Part shown: positions 1 to 9,013 of the stretch, piece by piece | Position numbering within the stretch: position 1 is the first letter of the stretch | How the letters are laid out: every line of letters begins with the position of its first letter | Source: Sphaerochaetaceae bacterium | Lineage (GTDB): Bacteria > Spirochaetota > Spirochaetia > Sphaerochaetales > Sphaerochaetaceae | DNA: 41,579 bases | Direction: 5' to 3' | Assembly: GCA_023231265.1 (NCBI GenBank) | Contig: JALNVT010000001.1 | Coordinates: 1-41,579 of the forward strand | Translations under genes and position numbers: made by a program | The notes under the pieces: model-generated | The model's database searches: none | Told to the model about the DNA's origin: nothing | Seen by the model: only the letters and a program-made list of their open reading frames with translations

Positions 1-22
1 AATTAATAATAAATATCATAGG

Positions 23-51
23 TTGAAAAATTGTGTTATCAAATGTATTAT
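23..51 (+). promoter_or_regulatory. Candidate sigma70-type promoter upstream of metG
   Basis: TTGAAA (23-28), 17-nt spacer, TATTAT (46-51) with TG just upstream. It would give a ~140-nt leader containing a GGAGAAA/TTTCTCC hairpin (137-155). By-eye match only. Confidence 0.35.
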
Positions 52-193
52 TGGAAAGAACTTTTTTCGTTAAAAGTTCATATCTTTGTGTTTTTCGTTT
101 TATTATAAAATTAATGATGAAATAACATATATATAAGGAGAAAGCCTATTTCTCCAATTACTGTATGTAGTTGGTTTTTTGGCAAGGAGAATC

Positions 194-2458
194 ATGAAAA
201 AAAGATTAGTAACTTCTGCATTACCATATGTAAATAACATTCCTCATTTGGGTAACCTTACTCAGGTATTATCAGCCGATGTTTTTGCTCGTTTCTGTCG
301 ATCAAAAGGATATGAAACATTATATGTCTGTGGAACTGATGAATATGGTACAGCAACAGAAACAAGAGCATTACAGCAAGGTGTAACTCCACGTGAATTA
401 TGTGATCACTATCATGCAATCCATGAAGAAATATATAAGTGGTTTAACATAAATTTTGATTACTTTGGTAGAACAAGCACACCTCATCAAACAGAAATTG
501 TTCAGCAGATTTTCAAAGAAGTTGACGCAAGAGGTTACATCAAAGAAGCTACTATTGAGCAACTTTACTGTCCTAAAGATGAAAGATTTTTAGCTGACCG
601 TTTTGTTGAAGGTACTTGCCCTCATTGTGGTTACGAACATGCCAGAGGCGATCAATGTGATAATTGTCAAACTTTGTTGGAACCTACAGAGTTGATTGAT
701 CCTAAATGCAGTATCTGTGGAACAACTCCTGTTGTCAAAAGCACAAGTCATCTTTACATAGACCTACCTAAAGTATTGCCTCTATTGGAAGAGTGGATGA
801 CAGAAGCATCTGTAAGAGGATTCTGGGCTAAAAATGCTGTTCAGGTAACAAAAAGCTGGATCAGAGATGGTCTAAAAGAAAGAGCCATCACCAGAGATTT
901 AAAATGGGGTATTCCTGTTCCAAAAGAAGGCTTTGAAAATAAAGTTTTCTATGTATGGTTTGATGCTCCAATTGGTTACATCTCAATTTCTTCATATGCA
1001 ACTGATGATTGGCAGTACTGGTGGAAGAGTCCAGAAGATACAGAATTATTCCAGTTCATAGGAAAGGATAACATTCCATTCCATACTGTAATATTCCCTT
1101 CAACTCTTCTTGCAACTGGCGAGAAATGGACAATGCTTCATCATATGAGTTCAACAGAATATCTTAACTATGAAGGCGGAAAATTCAGCAAGAGTCTTGG
1201 TATTGGTATCTTTGGTAATGACGTTATGGATACAGGTATTCCTGCAGATGTTTGGAGATTCTACATGTTCTATAATAGACCTGAAAAATCTGATGTAACA
1301 TTCACATGGGCAGACTTTGAAGAGAAAGTTAATGGCGAGCTAATTGGTAACTTATCAAACCTTGTAAATAGAACATTGACCTTCATCAAACGTTTCTATG
1401 ATGGAAAGATCCCTGAAGGTGAGCTTGATATGAACCTAGTCAATGATATCAAAGAAAGAGAAGCTACAATTGATGGCATGTTTGAAAGAGCTGTAGAACG
1501 TGATGCATTGAGAAATATCTTCTTCCTATCTTCTGTGGGTAACAAAGCATTCCAGGATGGTGAGCCATGGAGAACTAGAACTGAAGATCCTGAAAAAGCT
1601 GCAAGCTTACTCAAGACTTTGGTTTACTTGATCAGAGATTTAGGTATTCTCATTGAACCTTACATGCCAACAGCTAGCGCTGATATCCTCAGTTTCGTTA
1701 AGAGAGACGGAGATAATTGGAGTAATTTGGGTCAGTATGATGGTATCTCAGAAATTGGTGATATCAAATTGTTATTTGAAAAACTTGATCATGATAGAAT
1801 TGTTGAGTTGAAAGAACGATTTGCCGGATCTCAAGATGAAAGAGAAGCCAACAAAGGCAAAAAAGCAGATAAAAAAGCAGATAAAAAATCTGACAAAAAG
1901 AATAAAAAAAGTTCAGGAGACAAGAAGATGAGCGAAACTGACGAAAAAGAATTAACAGTTGCACAGGATTTTGCTGCACGTGTTAAACTCGTTGTAAGTA
2001 AGATAGTAAATGTAGAGAAACACCCAGAAGGTGATAAATTATATATCTTAACATTAAAAACTGATGAAGAAGAAGAAAGAATTATTGTATCTTCAATTGT
2101 TCCTTATTATACAGCAGAAGAACTGTTGAACCAGAACATTGTTTTGGTAAGTAACTTAAAACCTGCTAAATTCAGAGGTGTTAAATCTTGTGGTATGCTA
2201 TTAGCTGCTTCTGCAAAAGATGATGAAGATCACTCAACTTGTGAAGTTATTTTTGCTCCTCAATTTGAAGTTGGTACAGTTCTTCTTCCAGAAGGCGAAA
2301 GTGCTCCAACAGAGAAACAGTTCTATGTTAAAGGATCTAAATTCTTTGATATGCCAATGTATACTGAAGATGGTGTTGTTAAAGTAGACGGAAAAGCTAT
2401 TAAAGCTGGTGATGTTGCATTGACTGTAAAAAAATACATCAACGGAGACGTTGGTTAA
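194..2458 (+). CDS. metG: Methionine--tRNA ligase (MetRS) with K-rich linker and C-terminal tRNA-binding (Trbp111/EMAPII-like) domain
   Basis: Class I aaRS HIGH-type motif (ALPYVNNIPHLGN), Zn-knuckle cysteines (CPHCG...CDNC, CSICG) and KFSKS (KMSKS-type) motif. The C-terminal VKLVVSKIVNVEKHPEGDKLY...GMLLAA matches the OB-fold tRNA-binding domain. The track ORF starts at TTG 179, but ATG 194 follows AAGGAGA with good spacing and gives the typical MKK.. N-terminus. Confidence 0.95.
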   Translation: MKKRLVTSALPYVNNIPHLGNLTQVLSADVFARFCRSKGYETLYVCGTDEYGTATETRALQQGVTPRELCDHYHAIHEEIYKWFNINFDYFGRTSTPHQTEIVQQIFKEVDARGYIKEATIEQLYCPKDERFLADRFVEGTCPHCGYEHARGDQCDNCQTLLEPTELIDPKCSICGTTPVVKSTSHLYIDLPKVLPLLEEWMTEASVRGFWAKNAVQVTKSWIRDGLKERAITRDLKWGIPVPKEGFENKVFYVWFDAPIGYISISSYATDDWQYWWKSPEDTELFQFIGKDNIPFHTVIFPSTLLATGEKWTMLHHMSSTEYLNYEGGKFSKSLGIGIFGNDVMDTGIPADVWRFYMFYNRPEKSDVTFTWADFEEKVNGELIGNLSNLVNRTLTFIKRFYDGKIPEGELDMNLVNDIKEREATIDGMFERAVERDALRNIFFLSSVGNKAFQDGEPWRTRTEDPEKAASLLKTLVYLIRDLGILIEPYMPTASADILSFVKRDGDNWSNLGQYDGISEIGDIKLLFEKLDHDRIVELKERFAGSQDEREANKGKKADKKADKKSDKKNKKSSGDKKMSETDEKELTVAQDFAARVKLVVSKIVNVEKHPEGDKLYILTLKTDEEEERIIVSSIVPYYTAEELLNQNIVLVSNLKPAKFRGVKSCGMLLAASAKDDEDHSTCEVIFAPQFEVGTVLLPEGESAPTEKQFYVKGSKFFDMPMYTEDGVVKVDGKAIKAGDVALTVKKYINGDVG

Positions 2459-2477
2459 TATAGACCTCAATAAAAAG

Positions 2478-2514
2478 AATCTACCACGAATTTAACTGTG
2501 GTAGATTTTTTTTT
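2478..2514 (+). terminator. Rho-independent terminator of metG
   Basis: Perfect 10-bp stem AATCTACCAC / GTGGTAGATT with a 10-nt loop, followed by a run of T residues. Confidence 0.85.
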
Positions 2515-2648
2515 CATAAAATATACGTTTTTACACAGCAGATCATAGTGATTACATTGAAAAATTGCATTGCAAATTAACTTTAAAATATGTACATTAC
2601 GCTTAAAAATTAAAAGTTTGATGTACTTTTATCGATTGCCTATTGAAA

Positions 2649-3734
2649 ATGGAGTTTAATTTGAAAAAATTAATTGGTGTTATATTGTTTTTTGTCCTGT
2701 CTGCTGTTCCAACATTTGCTGTTGCATCACAGATAATTACTGATATGAGTTTTGCTTATCCCAATGCTTCACCTCAAATCAGTTCGAATTTGAATGTGAA
2801 TGTTGATGACTCTCTTGTAGTTTATTTTGATACTGAATACAACCTTGAAAAGAAGTGGCTGTACAACAATAAGAACGATGCAGTATTTGTCGTGTTCAGT
2901 CTGGATTCTAGATTGAATCCTGAACTCATGATGAAGGACTCTCTCTCTTCTTTTGAAGAGGTTGATCTTGATGATGGTTACACTCATTACTGTGCCTACT
3001 TTGATGGCTATGTTGGCTCTTCTTCCGTTGGCTTTGAAATCAATCCCTCTGATGTTGGTATGTTCGATTGTACAGTACAATATTGGAGATTGAAGAGCAG
3101 AGATGAGAATCTATCATATGATGAGAATGTTTTTAAATATTCTTACAGCTCATTTTCTCCTAAGGATGTTCTCTATAAAATAAAAGTAATTGATGAAGAA
3201 GATATCAACTCGCTGCTTTCTGCATCTTCTGTTGATGATGTAGATGAGAGACTGTACACCATTGATTTTGATAAATTCGATGATATAGGTAGCTCATATA
3301 TTCTGATTGATATTCAAACAAGCATGAATCTTAACTTTGAAGCCATCAAACTCAACAATTTGCTCAAATTGAAAGATGATGAAATCGAATCAGGTGTTTT
3401 GAAGAGACCTACAATATCACAGTTGGGAATATCTGCTCATAGCATGGACGATGAACGCAAGTCAGAAGGAAGTGGCCCAACATTTGTATCTTATAATATT
3501 GAGGCAAATGATGGAGAGATTGAACATAATTATTATTGTATTAAAGATACAGATTCAAAAGCACAAATCAAATATCAAATCAATTGTGAAACTGCAGGAC
3601 AGTATGCAATCAATCAAAAAGTTTATGAATTGAGTGATATAGATCTATCTTTCGGTGGTGAAAAAAATGTAGATAGATATGTTTTGAGAGAATTGAAGAA
3701 GTACAGTAAAGCAGACACCATATCTGTGAATTGA
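2649..3734 (+). CDS. Secreted hypothetical protein (acidic, signal peptide)
   Basis: The N-terminus KKLIGVILFFVLSAVPTFAVA|SQ looks like a Sec signal peptide with an AxA cleavage site and no lipobox Cys. The rest is D/E/S/N-rich with no motif I recognise. Start is ambiguous: ATG 2649, or TTG 2661 preceded by GGAG (2651-2654). Confidence 0.6.
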   Translation: MEFNLKKLIGVILFFVLSAVPTFAVASQIITDMSFAYPNASPQISSNLNVNVDDSLVVYFDTEYNLEKKWLYNNKNDAVFVVFSLDSRLNPELMMKDSLSSFEEVDLDDGYTHYCAYFDGYVGSSSVGFEINPSDVGMFDCTVQYWRLKSRDENLSYDENVFKYSYSSFSPKDVLYKIKVIDEEDINSLLSASSVDDVDERLYTIDFDKFDDIGSSYILIDIQTSMNLNFEAIKLNNLLKLKDDEIESGVLKRPTISQLGISAHSMDDERKSEGSGPTFVSYNIEANDGEIEHNYYCIKDTDSKAQIKYQINCETAGQYAINQKVYELSDIDLSFGGEKNVDRYVLRELKKYSKADTISVN

Positions 3735-3843
3735 TGATTTGTATCAAGCTTCATAAATATTATTTAGTTTTATTTCTAATTGATTTTTTAATTGATTGAG
3801 ATTCTGTGATATACTGTATTCTAGAGTTGGAGGAAATATTGTT

Positions 3844-4836
3844 GTGGCAGTAGAATTAAGAGAGATTGATGAAAAAGAGCTGCTTGGTGCAAATCCCATT
3901 GTCAGTAGCTCCTGGGCTTTTTTGAAGATTGACAATGAATGGAGATCTAAAGCCTACAGAGTGGACATCGATGAATTTCATTATGAAATGCTGGTTCTCT
4001 TTCGAAATATAAAATTCAACAGAGAGATAGCTTATCTTCCTTTCTCTCCCTATCCAATAGACAGTGCTCCTTTATATTTGGCAGTTGAAAATCTGTCATC
4101 AATAAATGAACTTCTAAAGAAAGTCATGCCAAAGAATGTATTCACAATTAAGTATGATCTCTGTTTTGACTATTTAAATACTGATAGAACCTATAAAATT
4201 GATAGGAAGCTCTTTCATATCAATCATGAGAGTGTGCAACCTGATGAAACAGTGTTTGTTCCACTGTGCAGAGATATAGATGATATAAGGGCTTCCTATA
4301 GAAAACGAGCGAAAAGAATGCTTAAGAAAAATAGAAGCTCTGTTGATGTGAGAATCTGGGGTGGTGAAGAACAGCAGCTTGTTAGCTGGTTTGAAATATA
4401 CAGAAAAACAGGTGAGATTGATGGATTCAGCACACGAAGTTTTTCCTACATAAAGAAAGTTTTAGACATGAAAAACTCCACACTTCTACTATCATATGTG
4501 AATGAAGAGATGCAGGGTGGAATAATAGTTCTTTTTGGATTGGATGTTTCTATCTATCTTCTTGGTGGATCTCTTAAAGAATGTGGCTACAGTGTGAGCT
4601 ATTCTTTGCAAGATGAGGCAATAAGATTGGGAAAAGAGAGAGGTTGTAAGTATTATGATCTGTTTGGAATTGGCGGAAAGAATTCAAAACATCTTGAGAG
4701 CCTCAATTTATTTAAAACTTCTTTTGGAGGTACTGTTGTTCAGAGATGCCAAACTTTTGATTGCCCGTTGAAACCTCTTTCATATTGGGTGTATTCAAAA
4801 GCTGAGATGATTCGATATTATATCTATAGAAAATAG
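3844..4836 (+). CDS. FemAB-family peptidyltransferase (peptidoglycan cross-bridge formation, FemX-like)
   Basis: Size and C-terminal pattern (GGIIVLFG...IYLLGGS...LQDEAIRLGKERGCKYYDLFGIGG...LFKTSFGG) fit the FemABX / lipid II aminoacyl-transferase fold. It is convergent with murD. The track ORF starts at TTG 3796 with no SD, so I prefer GTG 3844, preceded by GGAGG (3829-3833). Confidence 0.65.
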   Translation: MAVELREIDEKELLGANPIVSSSWAFLKIDNEWRSKAYRVDIDEFHYEMLVLFRNIKFNREIAYLPFSPYPIDSAPLYLAVENLSSINELLKKVMPKNVFTIKYDLCFDYLNTDRTYKIDRKLFHINHESVQPDETVFVPLCRDIDDIRASYRKRAKRMLKKNRSSVDVRIWGGEEQQLVSWFEIYRKTGEIDGFSTRSFSYIKKVLDMKNSTLLLSYVNEEMQGGIIVLFGLDVSIYLLGGSLKECGYSVSYSLQDEAIRLGKERGCKYYDLFGIGGKNSKHLESLNLFKTSFGGTVVQRCQTFDCPLKPLSYWVYSKAEMIRYYIYRK

Positions 4837-4840
4837 TGAA

Positions 4841-6178
4841 TCAGTCCTGAATATTCTGCTCTGTGTTTGTTTTGCCACAAATTGCTCTATACGCGGCTTT
4901 GAATTTATTTCCTCTATCAAATTCATTTAAGAAGAAATCAAAACTTGCAGCTCCTGGAGATAGGAGGACAACTTGATTTATGTTGATTGTCTCCTTTCTT
5001 GTTTTTGCATTGTTGTAGGCATTCCTTGCAGCCTTTCTGATCGATTTATATGGTCTGCTGTGTTCAATCCCATTTTTGTCTAAAAATGGAATCAACTTAT
5101 TTTGTGTGAATGATCCATCGAGCAATGTTATTGACTGTGCTTTTTTAAGAGCATGCAGCATTCCGTCGGGTCTGAGATTTTTATCTGTTCCACCACATAT
5201 CAAGTGAATTTCAAAATAAGAAAAATGATCAAATGAGAACTGAACAGCTTCAGGAATTGTTGCTGCACTGTCATTCACAAAAACTATATCTGTTGATGAG
5301 CCCAACCACTCAATTCTATGAGCCACACCTTTATAAGATGATAATGAATTGAATATGTCCTTCTCGTTGAGCTTCTGAGTCTTTAAAATATTTAAAGAAG
5401 GTATCAACTCAAGTCTATTGCCAAGCTGATTGTATTTCCCCTTATTTATATCAAGAACCTTTCGCTTTTTGATATTTGAATATTTCTTTATGGTGTTCAT
5501 CATAGCTTTTGGTGCCAGAGCAAAATTAATTGTGTTTTTAAACAGGAACATTTTATCTGATAGATAATGGTCCATATTTTCATATGAGTTCTGATGATCT
5601 TCCATGATATTTGTTAGAGCTGCAACTTCCAAAAAAGGCATTGCCAGGTCTTTATAGAGTTTCATATCTCGCAGCTGCCAAGATGAGAACTCACAAACAA
5701 GATAATCTATAGACTTGGAGTAGTCCTCAAGGTATTGTGCTATCTTGAATGCACTGATTCCCATGTTTCCACACATCTTCGCATTGAATCCAATGGTCTT
5801 CAGAGCATGAGTGACAAAGCTTGCTGTTGTTGTCTTTCCTTTTGTTCCTGTGATTGCAATTATTTTAGTTTTATCAAAAGAATAATTATCAAATAGATAA
5901 CTGAAGTCTGTTATGACTTTTTTAGAAATATCAAGGTACTTATTAGAAGGTGGTATGACTGTACTTTTTACTACAAAGTCAGCCCATAAGAAGTCTTCCT
6001 CTCGATGATGTCCTAAAATAAAAGTACCACCGAGTGATTCTAATTTGCTGATTACTTTTCCAAATGAACTTCTATCTTTTAAATCTGTGATTCTAACTTC
6101 ATTATTTCTCTTTAAGAAAAAAGCTGCAGCTTCAAAACCACCACCATTCAAACCTAGTCCGAAAATAAGTACTTTCAC
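4841..6178 (-). CDS. murD: UDP-N-acetylmuramoyl-L-alanine--D-glutamate ligase
   Basis: N-terminal Rossmann FGLGLNGGG, Mur ligase ATP-binding P-loop ITGTKGKTTT, and typical length (445 aa) and domain order. Confidence 0.9.
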   Translation of the reverse strand: MKVLIFGLGLNGGGFEAAAFFLKRNNEVRITDLKDRSSFGKVISKLESLGGTFILGHHREEDFLWADFVVKSTVIPPSNKYLDISKKVITDFSYLFDNYSFDKTKIIAITGTKGKTTTASFVTHALKTIGFNAKMCGNMGISAFKIAQYLEDYSKSIDYLVCEFSSWQLRDMKLYKDLAMPFLEVAALTNIMEDHQNSYENMDHYLSDKMFLFKNTINFALAPKAMMNTIKKYSNIKKRKVLDINKGKYNQLGNRLELIPSLNILKTQKLNEKDIFNSLSSYKGVAHRIEWLGSSTDIVFVNDSAATIPEAVQFSFDHFSYFEIHLICGGTDKNLRPDGMLHALKKAQSITLLDGSFTQNKLIPFLDKNGIEHSRPYKSIRKAARNAYNNAKTRKETININQVVLLSPGAASFDFFLNEFDRGNKFKAAYRAICGKTNTEQNIQD

Positions 6179-6499
6179 TTTTACCTCACATTTCTACAGT
6201 TATTATAACACATTGATTTATATATAGGTAACACAATTATGACAATTTCGTAGATTAAAAGTTTTTGAAAAGTGAACAATATAATAGATGGATGAAAAAA
6301 CTTTCAATCATGTCTATAAAAATCTATTATACTCCTTGAATAATGAAAGATAAAATAATATCATTAGCTTGAATTGTTGCGGGTTGCTGTGTCCTTGACT
6401 AAAAGGACTTAATTTGGCAAACTCCCAATAGATTTGTAAAAAGACTCGGCGTTACGTTGTAACTATAAAACCGAGATAATTATATTAAGGAGCTCTGCA

Positions 6500-6592
6500 G
6501 TGCCTTGTGGAAGAAAAAGAAAGAAGCATAAGATTGCTACTCATAAGAGAAAAAAACAGCTCAGAAAGAATAGACATAAGAACAAAAAATAG
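6500..6592 (+). CDS. 30-codon highly basic peptide, bS22-like (AURKAIP1/COX24-like) small ribosomal protein candidate
   Basis: Not in the ORF track (<60 aa). GTG start lies 7 nt after AAGGAG (6487-6492). It translates to MPCGRKRKKHKIATHKRKKQLRKNRHKNKK (19/30 K/R/H) and is followed by a hairpin plus T-run. It sits directly upstream of the rpsF operon. The sequence pattern matches my recollection of the bS22 family. Confidence 0.6.
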   Translation: MPCGRKRKKHKIATHKRKKQLRKNRHKNKK

Positions 6593-6637
6593 TCTGTACT
6601 TTTGCAATCGCTTCGTAGCATAAGCTACACCCATCAG

Positions 6638-6664
6638 GCCGCCGGTATATTCCGACGGTTTTTG
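6638..6664 (+). terminator. Probable rho-independent terminator after the bS22-like ORF
   Basis: GC-rich stem CCGCCGG / CCGACGG (one mismatch), 6-nt loop TATATT, then TTTTT. This is a conspicuous GC island in AT-rich DNA. Confidence 0.55.
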
Positions 6665-6705
6665 ATGTGAAGTAAATCGTCGCTATTCATTTTAATGATT
6701 AGCCT

Positions 6706-6735
6706 TTGATCTTTTAATAAATGCTTAAATATTAT
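6706..6735 (+). promoter_or_regulatory. Candidate promoter of the rpsF-ssb-rpsR operon
   Basis: TTGATC (6706-6711), 18-nt spacer, TATTAT (6730-6735). It would leave a ~55-nt leader with the hairpin ATCAACC/GGTTGAT (6755-6773) before the AAGGAGG SD. Confidence 0.4.
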
Positions 6736-6795
6736 TAATCAAAGAAACCTCTTTATCAACCTTTTGGGTTGATCTAATGTCCGTAAGGAGGAACC

Positions 6796-7077
6796 ATGAG
6801 AAATTATGAGTTCACAATTATCTTCAATTCTAACGAAGAAAAATTCCAAGCTGGTCTTAAGCTATTGACTGGTTTGTTTGAAGCTGCTGGTGTTGAAATC
6901 ACCAAGCAAGAAGACATGGGCGTAAAATTATTCGCTTACGAAATGAAAAAACAAGATAAGGGTCACTACTGTTATTATGAATTATCAGCAGATCCTGCTT
7001 CAATTATTACATTCGAAAAGAAATTTTTACTTGACAATAATATTATTAAATATTTATTCGTTAGCAAAGAAAAATAA
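6796..7077 (+). CDS. rpsF: 30S ribosomal protein S6
   Basis: MRNYEFTIIF... N-terminus and ~93-aa size typical of bS6. Strong SD AAGGAGG. Conserved rpsF-ssb-rpsR context. Confidence 0.9.
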   Translation: MRNYEFTIIFNSNEEKFQAGLKLLTGLFEAAGVEITKQEDMGVKLFAYEMKKQDKGHYCYYELSADPASIITFEKKFLLDNNIIKYLFVSKEK

Positions 7078-7107
7078 ACTATTATTTTAAATTAATGGAG
7101 TATTAAT

Positions 7108-7719
7108 ATGGCAAATGACTTAAATGTTGTTGCGTTAGTTGGACGACTTACGAGACCTTGTGATATGCGTTATACAAATAGCGGATATGCAATCTGTTCC
7201 TTTACACTAGCTGTTAACAGACGTAGAAAGCAACAAGATGGTACATGGCAAGATCAAGCAAGTTTCTTTGACTGTTCATATTTTGGTAAAGCAGCCGAAG
7301 GCGTTAGTCAATACCTACAAAAAGGCCAACAAATTGGTGTGCAAGGTTCTCTTGAACAGCAGAGTTGGGAAAAAGATGGTCAAAAACGTAGCAAGATAGC
7401 GGTTATTGTCGACTCTTTGACATTGCTAGGTAGTGCTGGTGGAAACAATTCCAGAGCACCTCAACAGAATGCTGGGGGATACCAACAGTCAAGGCAGAAT
7501 AATGGATTTAGTCAAAATCAAGGTCAGAATAATTACGCAAGCCAACAACAATTTGGCAACACTCAAATGGGTGGTAATTCAACTGGCGGATATAACAGTG
7601 GTTATAATTCAGGTAATAGTGCTCAACAGCCTGCACCTGCATCCTCTGTTGTAAAAACAAGCTCAGCTGCACCAGTAATTGGTGGTCCAGAAGCTTTCGA
7701 TGATGACATTCCGTTCTAA
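7108..7719 (+). CDS. ssb: Single-stranded DNA-binding protein
   Basis: OB-fold N-terminus (NVVALVGRLTRPCDMRYTNSGYAICSFTLAVNR), a G/Q/N-rich disordered linker and the canonical acidic tip DDDIPF. Confidence 0.95.
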   Translation: MANDLNVVALVGRLTRPCDMRYTNSGYAICSFTLAVNRRRKQQDGTWQDQASFFDCSYFGKAAEGVSQYLQKGQQIGVQGSLEQQSWEKDGQKRSKIAVIVDSLTLLGSAGGNNSRAPQQNAGGYQQSRQNNGFSQNQGQNNYASQQQFGNTQMGGNSTGGYNSGYNSGNSAQQPAPASSVVKTSSAAPVIGGPEAFDDDIPF

Positions 7720-7740
7720 AAATTTTTAGGAGAATTAACA

Positions 7741-8019
7741 ATGAGTGAAGAAAGAAACGAAGTGGAGACAACAAGAGCTCCAAGAGAAAGAAGAAATAAC
7801 TCACAACGTCGTGGTAATTTCAGAAAGAAAGTTTGCAGATTCTGTGCAAGTAAGTCAACACCTGATTACAAGAATCCAGAACAGTTAAAAAGATACACAA
7901 CAGAAAAAGGTAAAATCCTTCCTGCACGTATCACAGGTAACTGTGCAAAACACCAGAGAGCTGTAACCGCAGAAATCAAAAAGGCTCGTGTCCTTGGATA
8001 CTTACCTTTCGAGAAGTAG
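7741..8019 (+). CDS. rpsR: 30S ribosomal protein S18
   Basis: Conserved core KKVCRFC...DYKN...LKRY.TE.GKILP.RITG.CAKHQR.V...IK.AR.LG.LP. Confidence 0.95.
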   Translation: MSEERNEVETTRAPRERRNNSQRRGNFRKKVCRFCASKSTPDYKNPEQLKRYTTEKGKILPARITGNCAKHQRAVTAEIKKARVLGYLPFEK

Positions 8020-8026
8020 AGTATAA

Positions 8027-8995
8027 ATGGCAATAAACATTACGAACAGTAAGTATAGAAATTTAGGTATTGCATTTGCCTTCAGTTTGGCATTGTATAT
8101 ATTAGGTTTTACGTCCTTCTTCTTCGTATTGCCATTGCTAATTTACTTTAATCAAAGTGGTCAGAGAGAACAGAGCCTAGCATCATTAGCAGTACTTCTT
8201 GTAGTTGTACTTTTATTTGAGATAATTCCCATACGGGATAATTTATCAGATGCATCAAACTTTGGACTGCTCTCAATTGGATTGTTCTTACCAATAGTAT
8301 TGATAGGTTGCTCAATAATTTGGGTATTGCTTTCAGACTATAGACTTTTGGTCCGATACATTGGAAGCTCTGCATTTATTGCAGTACTTATGGTGTTCGG
8401 TGGAATATATTTTTCCTCCCATCCTGAGGTTGGAACTGGTATTGATACTGCTGCAATAAGCATTATGGATACTCTTTTCACAGATATGGGTTTGCAGACA
8501 TCAACAACTGGCGTTTTAGCCGGTACTTCAACTACAGAATTTTATTCTTTGGTTAAAGAAGTGATGATGATGATGGTCTTACCATTAAGTGCTGTAATAT
8601 TTGGGTTCAATGTATTCATGAGTATCGCCACTCCAAAATATGTTGGAGACGATAGGTTTGATAGGCGCGTTGTTGCCTGGAAACTACCAGAAACAATGGT
8701 ATGGGTATTTCTCACTGCATGGCTTTTGGTCTTGCTGGATCAATTAGTTGATTACAACAGCATAATCAGAATCGCAGTTTGGAATTTTGCTTTATTTATG
8801 GGAGTTTTGTACTCCGTTCAAGGATTGGCTATAATGCTCTATCGATTGAACCTCAAAAACCATAGGTGGAGTGCCTTAAAATTATTTGTATTAGTGGCTT
8901 TTTTAACAATGCTATTACAAGGTTTGAACATAGTGATCGTCATCGGTCTTCCTGTTTTAGGAGTGACCGAGACATGGGTTACATATAGAAAGTAA
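8027..8995 (+). CDS. Polytopic membrane protein, YybS/DUF2232-like
   Basis: At least 7 hydrophobic segments by eye. Its position between rpsR and rplI mirrors the Bacillus yybS locus (rpsR...yybS-gdpP-rplI-dnaC). Family assignment rests on context and topology, not on a recognised motif. Confidence 0.5.
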   Translation: MAINITNSKYRNLGIAFAFSLALYILGFTSFFFVLPLLIYFNQSGQREQSLASLAVLLVVVLLFEIIPIRDNLSDASNFGLLSIGLFLPIVLIGCSIIWVLLSDYRLLVRYIGSSAFIAVLMVFGGIYFSSHPEVGTGIDTAAISIMDTLFTDMGLQTSTTGVLAGTSTTEFYSLVKEVMMMMVLPLSAVIFGFNVFMSIATPKYVGDDRFDRRVVAWKLPETMVWVFLTAWLLVLLDQLVDYNSIIRIAVWNFALFMGVLYSVQGLAIMLYRLNLKNHRWSALKLFVLVAFLTMLLQGLNIVIVIGLPVLGVTETWVTYRK

Positions 8996-9013
8996 CGACA
9001 AGGAGTTTTCAAT

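Noticed and set aside
52-193. Possible T-box riboswitch or attenuator in the metG leader (hairpin GGAGAAA/TTTCTCC at 137-155)
   Set aside because: The leader is too short, lacks the conserved T-box sequence and specifier-loop architecture, and the hairpin is not followed directly by a T-run.
4834-4843. Convergent FemAB-like and murD stop codons only 4 nt apart with no terminator
   Set aside because: This is real but unremarkable gene packing. Transcripts probably terminate within the opposing gene, and nothing further is supported by the sequence.
7430-7700. Q/N/G-rich low-complexity region of SSB as something unusual
   Set aside because: A glycine/glutamine/asparagine-rich disordered linker before the acidic DDDIPF tip is the normal SSB architecture.
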